DNA of 28,565 nucleotides from Catajapyx aquilonaris (Eukaryota): assembly GCA_000934665.2 (NCBI GenBank), contig KZ538323.1, positions 62,001 through 90,565 of the forward strand. The letters run 5' to 3'. Below the pieces are notes generated by a model. That model was given only the letters and a program-made list of their open reading frames with translations, was not told the origin of the DNA and did no database searches. Position 1 is the first letter of the stretch. Each line of letters starts with the position of its first letter. A program made the position numbers and the translations under genes. Of the stretch, positions 10,616 through 20,800 are shown in pieces.

Positions 10616-13600
10616 ATGAAGGTGTGTGTCCTTCTGTTGCTGCTGTTTGGACATGTCCTGTCCGATTATTCCTCCTGCAAGACACTGACAATACTGCATA
10701 CCAACGATGTCCATGCCAGATTCGAGCAGTTTAACACCCTTGGAAGTCGATGCAACCCAAGTGATGCCACCAAGGGCAAGTGTTACGGAGGATTTGCGCG
10801 TATGTTGGCCAAAGTTAACTCCATCAGGAGCAAGAAGGACAATGTGTTGTTCCTGAACGCTGGTGACTACTACCAAGGGACAGTATGGTACACACTGCTC
10901 AAGTGGAAGCCGATGGCAGTATTCGTCGAGAAAATGCGATACGACGCTATGGTACTGTCAGTTAAATATTTACACGTAATTAATATTAATAGTCTCGTAC
11001 TTGTGGAGCCACAGGGATCCGGACTTATGGCCCCCGCCGTTTCGCCCCCGGTCTTCTGGCCCCCGGCATATTGGCCCCCTTGACCATTTCGTCCCCCGGC
11101 GTATTCGCCCCCGTGACATATTCCACTTTGAAGCAATCTACTGGGCATTTCTAGAAAAGTGACAATATGCCGGGGGCCAGAAGACCGGGGACAAAACGGC
11201 GGGGGCGAAAGGTCCGAGACCAGGAGCCACAAGTACGACACCTGTACGATTCAGGGTTATTATGCCAACAATGTAGTGGAAAGTGACTTTGTTTATAGAA
11301 CAGCTCAGTCTAAACCAGGAGGAATTTCCTTGCCGACAAAGACAACACTAATTTTTACTAATTACAGTGCTCTGGCCTTTTTGGCCACACAACAAGTACG
11401 TGCGTGTTGAGAACGAAAAGAATTTCCGCGATGCCCGTTCATTCTGACAAACGGAATCCGCTTATTCTTTGTCTTGCTGTCTGATATGCACGGTGTATTC
11501 TCTTGGCAGACTCATTATGCTCTGGTACGTTTGCTGTACTGCAAGGAGACTGACATAATTGAAAGGGTGTACTGCAGCATGTGTGCTTTCCGGTAATAAA
11601 TTAAACCAGGTGGGGTGATGCTCAAATCGGTCAAGTTTCACTCGCAAAAAATGTTGCACAATCTGTAATATAGACGTGTAAACTTCATTGTGTGTCTCAC
11701 GTTTCTAGTGTTACAATAATTTTTGTGTGTGCATGTTACAAGTACGGTCGTTACGCTTCATTGTGGGAGAGTTATGACTGTTACATTGGCGAACATAAAC
11801 GGGATTTTGATATACGTGTAAGTATTTGTGAAATGTGTACTGTTTGTTTGACCTTCGATTTTGCGGTTAATCATGCCTAGGTTCGGGCTATTATAAGATG
11901 CGAAAATAATTTGCAAGAAAAATATTCGCAATATTTTTATTTTCTCTAATATGACGCAATTTTGCTTCGTTTCAAAGTCACTGGGAAACCACGAGTTTGA
12001 CGACGGCGTTGCAGGACTGGTTCCGTACCTTTCTAACATTACGACACCGATGTTGGCAGCCAATCTGGATATGTCCAAGGTTCCTGAGATGGAAAAACGT
12101 GTGAAGAAATCTGTCGTACTGGAGCGAAACGGATGCAAGATCGGAATAATCGGTTATGTAACTCCGGATACAACGGTATGTCCCGTTAACACCATCAAAG
12201 TGTCCACCAACTGACAAAATGTTATTCTTCTCAAGTTCATCTCGTCACCTGGTCCTTTGTTGGTGTTCAACAATGAGATCGAAGCAATCAAAAAGGAGGC
12301 AAAAGAACTGAGGTCACAAGGAGTCGAGCTTCTGATTGCCCTAGGTCACTCCGGATACAACATTGACCAGGACATTGCCAGAGAATGTGATGATATCGAC
12401 CTGGTGGTCGGAGGTCACACCAACACTTTCCTGTACACTGGTATGACTCAGTGGGGGATAAAAATACAATTAAAACAACAGCTGGATTTTCCAGTTGCTT
12501 CACTTGAATTGCCTAACTATAGCATGCTGTATGAAAGAGTGTTCAATTATGTATAATATAATTAACATAGCATAATTATGTAGAGCAATCGTTCGCACAC
12601 ATGAAGTGTGAAGATTTCATTATCTCTCTTGAGATTTTTTTTTAAATCATATGTGAAAACTGACCTCGCCACTAGAACGGACAATTACATAATGCCAGTC
12701 AATTTGAACCAATTTACACGCTAATGTCTCTTTACCGTCATAGCATAACCAATTATATAATATTACATCATCACCATTTAAGAATACATTTTTCTTTCTC
12801 CTAAACGGCTTATGGATGTTTGTCCGATCTGATAGTATTGCTTTCTCCCGCACGGGTGGCGGAAGTGTGCAGACAGGGTGCGCCATCTGTGCGTGAAGAA
12901 TAGTACTACGTGGTAAATCGGCGGGCTATCTCATTAAATTGTTTAATTTTGCCGAATTTTGGCAACGGATTCACTAGTTATGCCCATAGAAAGTAAAATG
13001 GTTTCAAAAACTCACATCTTCTTATTATCTGAACAGGTACACCTCCAGATCGAGAGGTTCCCAAGGACGTGTATCCCAAAGTGATAACGCAGCTGAACGG
13101 CAAGAAGGTACCGGTGGTGCAGGACTATGCTTACGGAAAGTACCTAGGATACCTGACGGTCACCGTGGATCCAAAAGGAGACCTTACCAGCTGGGAAGGA
13201 AACCCCATTCTTCTCAACTCCTCCGTACCACAAGGTATATTCCCTTTCCATTCACAATAGTACAGTGTCGTTGGTATGTAATTGGGCGAGACCATGCTGT
13301 TTCATGTCACAGATTCGGATCTTCTGGCACAGCTGAAACCTTGGCGAGACCAACTGGATCAGGAGGCCAAGAAGCAGGTCGGAACCACCAAAGTCTTCCT
13401 GGGAAATCCCAGAGATGGAGAGAGCAATCTTGGAAATCTCATAGCTGATTCCATGGTCTATCATGTGAGGCGTCTATCTTTCTTATATTTTTCTTATTCT
13501 GTAGTTCAGGTTAACTTATGTTGCCAAGAGGTGGAAGGAATGTAAGAAAGGTACAGCTGCCAGCTTCTTACTTTCAGATTGTAAAGAACAGCAATAGCAA

Positions 13601-14450
13601 CAATAGTTGGTCAGACACTGCAATAGCTATGATTAACAGTGGAGGAATCAGATCGCCTATCGATGAGTCTTCAGGCGGTAAGACTCTACAACGAATGTGT
13701 TTTGTTGGGGGTATTAATTATTACAAAAATTTTGGCTGCAGGAATAATAACGATGGAGGATCTGATGACCTCACTTCCGTTCCAAAACACAATGCAAATC
13801 CTTCGTTTCAAAGGAAAGCATTTGCGTGAAATCCTGGAATTTTCGGTCACATTTTATGGTGGTCATGGAGAGCGATCGACAGGCGGATTTTTGCAATTTT
13901 CAGGTTCGTTTTTTTATAATTCTCCATTATGTATGTCAGAAATATTTTTTTAACACTCGCATGTTTCAGGTATAAAAGTATTGTTCAACATACACAAGCC
14001 TGTTGGAGAGAGAGTGGTGAGACTTCTGGTCAAGTGTACCAAATGCAGAATACCTGATTATTATCCAGTAGAGGATGACAAGGACTATGATGTTGCTGTG
14101 ACGACGTTTTTGGCCAAAGGAGGCGACGGATTCACGATGATTTCAGGAAACGGGATTCCAATAAGCTCATCAGGTTTGTCCCCAATTGGCAAATTAAGTT
14201 TCTCTAATATTAATACCAATTCTCCCCAAAAAATTCTTCAGATGTAATAGACACCGACATGATGGTAGATTACTTCAAAAACCAAATGAACATGGTGTAC
14301 CAAGGCCGTGAAGGAAGAATTCGATTCGTAACGGACCAACCTCCAGTAACAAAATCGCCATCATCCTCGCAACAACTGAAATGCACATTGCTGTCTCTTA
14401 TAGTACCTGTGATATCCCTACTTATTTGGAGATCTATTCATAGGGTGTGA
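10616..14450 (+). CDS. NT5E: Ecto-5'-nucleotidase (CD73/5NUC-like; apyrase/5'-nucleotidase family), secreted with a probable GPI anchor
   Basis: Exons 10616-10951, 11978-12175, 12236-12440, 13037-13234, 13313-13464, 13578-13677, 13742-13903, 13970-14173, 14242-14450. Signal peptide MKVCVLLLLLFGHVLS; metallophosphoesterase motifs HTNDVH, AGDYYQG, LGNHEFD, LGHSG, VGGHTNT; C-domain motifs GGIRS, LPF, GGDGF; hydrophobic C-terminal tail after SPSSS. A probable 5'UTR intron spans 10325-10604. Confidence 0.93.
11014..11222. mobile_element. MITE (209 bp) with ~62-bp imperfect terminal inverted repeats and 9-bp target-site duplication, Mutator-like
   Basis: 11014-11075 (gggatccggacttatggcccccgccgtttcgcccccggtcttctggcccccggcatattggc) matches the reverse complement of 11161-11222. 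The element is flanked by the direct repeat GGAGCCACA at 11005-11013 and 11223-11231. The arms are built from ~15-bp GCCCCCG subrepeats. It is GC-rich within an AT-rich intron. Confidence 0.85.
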
Positions 14451-14653
14451 AAAAATCTCAACTATTCAAACCAACCGGTCAGTTTGTCTCAACCAACGTA
14501 ATTTTGTTTTAAAAAATTATTCATACACCGGTACAGTACTGTCTCAATAATGTGCCAAAAAAGTGCAACATGTAATAATGATGCATTCTCACTCGTGATA
14601 ATTTGATTGAAAAGTTACTTATTGTTGTCACTTACTAAGGCGACTGCATGCCA

Positions 14654-14659
14654 AATAAA
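14654..14659 (+). terminator. Polyadenylation signal of the 5'-nucleotidase gene
   Basis: AATAAA about 200 nt downstream of the stop at 14450, followed by a pyrimidine-rich tract. Confidence 0.5.
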
Positions 14660-14796
14660 ATGAAAAATGTGGACGCTAGATGTCTCTTGCTCCCTTCATT
14701 CCCATTTTCTGTGCCGCCTAATCCTACCGCTACGAGTCGCCCCCCATTTGACTCACGAACAATTTCCAGGGCGGGTACTTTCGTTTGCTTTGCACA

Positions 14797-14802
14797 TCAG
14801 TT
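14797..14802 (+). promoter_or_regulatory. Initiator-like motif (TCAGTT), candidate transcription start of the aminopeptidase P gene
   Basis: Matches the arthropod Inr consensus TCAKTY, about 60 nt upstream of ATG 14859 and a strong donor (ATAG|GTAAGA) at 14910/14911. Confidence 0.45.
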
Positions 14803-14858
14803 TAGTGGTCTTCATCCTCTGAGGAAGAAGACACCGCCGCTCTTGGGAAGTGGGGACT

Positions 14859-17800
14859 ATGGAGGTCCCAATCCCACGTCATTGGAACCTCACCTGTACT
14901 CTTCTTATAGGTAAGAACATCCTATAGAGGTATTAAAGGCGGGGTTCAATTGATTTAAAAAAAAAATCAGTGTTAATGATGTGACAAGCGATGCTTAAAA
15001 GGCCACTCTTAATGAATCGTGGCGAAAACTAATTTGCATTTTTCACCCACTACTAACCCATTGCCTTTCATTATCTCATGGGCAATCAATTTAACATCGG
15101 ACATGCATGCAATGGCGCAATGCAGGATGACACCTTGGATTACAATTGTTGAAGGCGGCGGATCTCTTTAGAAACGTTTTATAGAAAGAGCCAACGTCAA
15201 CTTGTCGGCACGTCTTTTGGCTGTGTGCTAAAAAAAAAAGAGTGCCGCGCTTTTAATTTGATCACGTCATTCACACTTCCGTATAGCATATGGACGAAAG
15301 GAAATGTCATGCCAGTTTGTAAAAGGGCCATTTGTTTCTTTTAAAAAATACTAGAAAAACTCGCAGTGTTTTTCTCGGCCTGCGGTGTGCGGTGGACATC
15401 GTATTTTAAATCGCTTCGGACTATACCAGTGACTCGTTAAAACATGTTATATGCAATGAAACGGCCGGATTTAATTGCCATATTATGTAATATCAAGGAA
15501 GTGACTAATTACGCAACCCACGTACAAAAACAAGTGTAAATATTTGCTATCCATCCGGAAGCTATAGTGATAGACTCACTATAAGTCGAAACAAACCCAG
15601 TTTAATGTTTGAAACTAGGCAACATCAACAGCTGAAAATTTGGACCGATCTTGATCCAAAATAAGAGCGTGAGTCAAACGTGACGCACTTTTCCTCTGAA
15701 GCGTAACCGGCTGTTAATTAATTTTCACTTAAAAAAAAACTCCACCCTGTTGATGGGCCCAAACAACACAACAAAGTTCCTAACCTATGAACCACCCTGT
15801 GATGCAATTTAACCATGGCAGACATCCAGAGGACCTTGACTTCTCTTGTCATCAAAACGAATTCTACCTGTCTGTACATTTTAAATATATTACAACTCCT
15901 TTTTTCTAATATCATTTTCACTGAGGTGAAAGTTATGTAACTACCAGACGACATTATTCTTTTTTTTTTTTTCAAAGGCCAATAAACCCGTCCTTGGATA
16001 CCTTAAATACCTATTCTTTTGGCTCGGGAAGTACCAAACGAAAGGAGTCCATTCGTTTACGATTTTTTTTTTTTTGGCAAATGGGTGTGAAAGTATTCTT
16101 TTCCCAAGCCACCAAACGAAATCGAGAGAAGAAGCCTTTTAGCAAGGATGCTTTATTGAAAGTGGCCTGTAAAACACTGAGATCTTGAAGAAGAAGAAAA
16201 AAAAAATCTTAAAACTTTTTTTTTATTATATAAATAGTATGGTGGCATCATCTCGTGTTATGCGTGACTCTAGTAAATTATTGTTCATGCAAACGGATTG
16301 GTTTTAATGTCTATCCAGCCAGTTCTCACATAATTATTGAAATTACGACGTGAGTTTCTGGAAGGCCACCAAGAAGGAGGAGGATTTATTAGTTCGCAAA
16401 ATAGTAAGGTGTAAACAGCGAGACCCTGTTTTATGTACCTATTGTTATATGCGAAAAATGGCCAGTAAATCAACTATTAGTTTGCTGACGTTGAAAAAAG
16501 ATTGCTACTCTTACATAATCTATTAAGAATTTGATAGTGAAAAACTCACTCAAAAAAATGAGCAATTTCGCATAATTCCTTTTTTTTGAATGAATTTCAC
16601 TCGGCAAAGATTTACTTTAACTCAAATCGAGTGGAAAATTACTCGAGAAAAGAGTGAAATAGTGAAATTATCACTCAAATTAAGTGATAAATCTTCACTC
16701 GAGTGATATAGTGATTTTGGGCTCAAAACGAGTGGGAGTCAAGTGGAATGAGTGAAAATCACTCGACCATTATTAGTGATATACCGTATGTCTTCAAACC
16801 ATTTATTTAAATCCCCCCCCCCCCAAAATCTACTCTTACATATCTATCGAAGGAATTTACGAGTGAAAAAATCACTCAAAAAATTATTAGCAATTTCGAA
16901 AAAATACTCGGAAAATTACTCTAAAATAAGAGTGAAAATGCTCTCAGTGAGTGACATTATCACTCAAAATTACTGATAATAATTTTTCACTCGAGTTATA
17001 TACAGTAGTGATTTTGATTCAAAAATGAATGATAATTTTGACTCAAAAATGGAGGATAATTTTGACTAAACAATGAAGGATAATTTTGCCTCAACAATGA
17101 AGGATAATTTTGACTCGACAATGAAGGATATTTTTGACTCAAAAATGAAGGATAATTTTGACTCAAAAATGAAGGATAATTTTGACTCAACAATGAAGGA
17201 TAATTTTGACTCAACAATGAAGGATAATTTTGACTCAACAATGAAGGATAATTTTGACTCAACAATGAAGGATAATTTTGACTCAACAATGAAGGATAAT
17301 TTTGACTCAACAATGAAGGATAATTTTGACTCAAAAATTATTGTGAATTTTCACTGGAGTGAGTGATTTTGACTCGAAAATGAATAATTTTCACTCGAGT
17401 GATAGTAATTTTGACTTTAAAATGAGTGATAATTTTTCACTCGAGTGAGAGTGATTTTTGACTCAAAACGAGTGGGAGACAAATAAAATGGAAGGATCAT
17501 TTTTTTAAAGAGTGTATGTCTTCAAATAAATTTTTTTCCTGTTCCAAAATTTTGAGAGCAAAATATGTTAACCGTCCCTCTGTTGGTTAACATGTTTTTC
17601 TCCCGAGCCACTTCATATATTTTGCATATACTCCCGGCCTTCACCCTCCATATTTCATAGTGGCCAAAAAAAAAAAAAATCGCACATGGAAGCCATCCTC
17701 CACTCTCGCGTCCTACCTCTTTTATCTCCTCTGGAAATAACCTCTCCGAAGAGTGATGCCAACTTGGATGGCGCACAGGGAAAGAACTTTTTTTTTTCTT

Positions 17801-20800
17801 TTCTTCATGCTTGGGAGTGGATAGACGATTACTACATAACCCAAACTTATTTTTAAAAGTACGTGGCAGACACGATTCGTATGCCCTTGCCCCAGGACTT
17901 TAACCATTGTTCAAAAAAAAATGTGAACATTGTCAAAAATCAGAAATATTAAGGTTAGATGTACAGCAGGTTTCCAAAGCTTGATTAGAAGAGGGCAAAA
18001 AGAATAAACAGAGTTATGGCCCCGCCTGTTTCATTTGGGTTTGGGACTGTAAAAATAAACGGGTTGGAAGTATACATTGTCAGGAGGTTATTTTTGTTCC
18101 TAGCCCCTTCCCCGAATTTTTTGGGGGATATTACACAAAATCTGGGGGGTGGTCACATGGAGGAAAATCATGTGAAGGTCGTGGGAATGTTGGTAGCAGA
18201 TTAATACGCATTGAGCAAGCAAACCATTAAACTGTCAGAACTATACATATTTGAGGATTAAGTTGTCCCCAGCATATAGAAAGTGCATGAAACATTTTTC
18301 ACTGTGCACATACAAATGTAAATAGAGTGAAGAAGCTAACTTTCTGCTCCCTATGATGTAACGCAAAGAAATTCTACTCAAGGTCGAATAATTTCCTGAG
18401 AGAGCGGCATAGACTACTTTTGTGACACAATGACCCCTCCAAAAAAACCTTGCTCCCGGACTGACCTTTCACATAGTCATCCTCTCTATTTCGTGACGTT
18501 ACATTCCCTCCAACAATTCAGTCAGCACCAAATTATTTTAAAAAAAAGAACTGCTCCCAAAAGGGCCTGTTAACCTGGGTACAAATGAAGGGATCCCCCC
18601 CCCCCTCCCCCCAATTTGGAAAGACCTAGTTTTTTTTATGAAGACTTTTTGGGTGTGGTCTCACCTGATTTACGAGCATCCAGAAGATAGGCGGACCACT
18701 TCACTGGGGGTAGATCGATAGCAGCTTAAATCGGTCTGGTTTTTACGTCCTTCTTCCATCCACATCTTGTTGTCCAAACAAAAGGTTAAAAAAAGGCAAT
18801 GTGAAGGTCGCAAATTTTGTATAATGCAAATAGCTGCATTAATGGTGAATATCTGAATATTAATATTGCTATAATGGCTAGCAGGTTACCTCCATGAAAA
18901 ATATTCAGATTAACGACCTGACCCTGCGTGCTCGAGGGCACTTTAAAATTTTTTTTATATAAAGTCATGCCCTTGCATCTGTTCTCTTCCTTTTCACGCA
19001 TCTTCTCATCGGGTTGTGTAATGGACATAGGAGGGGGGGAAAAAAAGGAGACGAAGCATCTCTTCCGCTTTGGCACTAGGTTACTTGGTCTTGTTTGCAC
19101 GATATTTAAATTGGGTGTGGGCCAAAAAAAGGTTTCTTGGGTGTAAAATTTGGGTGCGGCTTGCTTCCATTGCCGGATCGGACACTGTTTTTGTCGCTGC
19201 TGTGGTGGGACGACGGGGGCTATTTTGCAATTATGTTGGTTGGGGAGATGAGGAAAAAAATATATATAGTTAATCAGAGGCGGGGTTCCAACATGTCCCG
19301 ATTTGATATCAGGGTGGAACATATTGCTGGTATTAATTAAATTGCAAAATTTGATTCTGAAAAAAAAAATCCGCAATAAAATGTAGCATCTTAGGCAACT
19401 GATGTGACCCAACAAATAAACAAACGGATGTACTTGTACATATATGGTAAGTGATCATATAATAATCAAGGTCATCAATTGCTGTCAACTGACCTCGATT
19501 ACAATGTTCTTGGGTCATATCCAGATCATCATTTTAAAAAAATAATGCGTAGCTATTTTTAAGATGAAATTACCATTGGAGATTTTTTAGGGGGGGCACG
19601 CGTCTTCAAAAAAATCTCTTATGCGGCGAACCTTGAGTTTAAAGAAGTTGGTAAGGAAATGAGAAGAATAATCGAGGGTGTGTGTGGGCGAAATGTCTTG
19701 ATGGTTGAAGTCAAGGCTGTGCGCATAAGATGCTGCGGGGGCCTTCTCTTTTTTCTTTGACCATTGCTAAGCAGTCACGAAAAATATGACAGGTCGGAAT
19801 TTTCATCTAGAAGGGAACAATACTGATGCTTTCAGATCAGAATCAGGGCAGTGACTCATCAGCCCATGTCCTCTGATGATGCCGACTATAGTTCATTATA
19901 GCGATGTCAACAATATGAAACCTGTTGACAAGGTATGCGCAACATTTTAATAATTACTAAAAAAAAGACACATACGGTTACCATGGAATTGTCGGAAATT
20001 CCAAAATAAATTCCAGCAGTTCGGGGGCGTGATATTTAAGATATATCTCTCCCCATCTGTTCTGAGTACCTTTTTTTTAAAAGAACAGAACAGTTTTTTT
20101 AAATAATTAGACGCGGTCCAGCCCCCAGTCAGAGTTGATCAACTACCTTGACGATGGGGCCAAGTCGGGCTCAATTAGACCGTCGTCGAAGATCAGAGAA
20201 GGACAGTCTTTCCTTAGATGACGATGAGGACGGTTCTAAGGTGACCACTGTGGTTGCAACTCCTGGACAAGGACCAGATAGGCCACAGGAGATCTCATAC
20301 ACCGATACCAAAATCATCGGAAATGGCAGCTTCGGAGTGGTATACCAAGCCAAACTACTGGAGACTGGTGCGCTGGTGGCCATCAAGAAGGTCCTGCAGG
20401 ACAAGCGCTTTAAGAACCGTGAGTTGCAGATAATGAGAAGGTTGGAGCACTGCAACATTGTGAAGCTCAAGTACTTCTTCTACTCGAGCGGTGATAAGAA
20501 GGAGGAGGTGTATCTGAACCTAGTTGTAGAGTACATCCCAGAGACAGTGTACAAAGTGGCTAGACACTACAGCAAGTCCAAACAGACACTTCCGATCAGC
20601 TTCATCAAGCTGTACATGTACCAACTGTTTCGCAGCCTGGGTTACATACACTCGATGAACATCTGCCACAGGGACATTAAGCCACAGAACCTCCTGTTGG
20701 ATCCGGATTCAGGTGTGTTGAAGCTCTGTGACTTCGGGAGTGCCAAGCATCTGGTCAAAGGAGAGCCCAACGTCTCCTACATCTGCTCGCGATACTACAG

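Noticed and set aside
12870..12895. CTCF-like motifs (GCGCCATCTG here; TAGGTGGCG at about 4889)
   Set aside because: Partial motif matches that cannot be supported without a PWM scan or ChIP data.
15562..15586. GACTCACTATA resembling the T7 promoter, within a small inverted repeat
   Set aside because: Partial match only with no vector context; likely chance.
16996..17366. Periodic ORFs on both strands (SQNYPSLL and MKDNFDST repeats)
   Set aside because: By-product of a stop-free 24-bp minisatellite, with no splice context or domain features.
18786..19415. 209-aa minus-strand ORF
   Set aside because: Non-ATG start, low-complexity homopolymer-derived composition and no domain; probably degraded repeat sequence.
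19786..19854. Short [15 protein letters not shown].. faintly resembling the GSK3 N-terminus MSGRPRTSSFAEGN
   Set aside because: No RxRxxS motif, ends in a stop and has no phase-1 donor. The similarity is too weak.
19915..19932. ATG-containing mini-exon with donor AAG|GTATGC upstream of GSK3
   Set aside because: The phase-0 donor does not join the good acceptors (20110, 20178, 20217) in the kinase frame. At most it is a 5'UTR exon.
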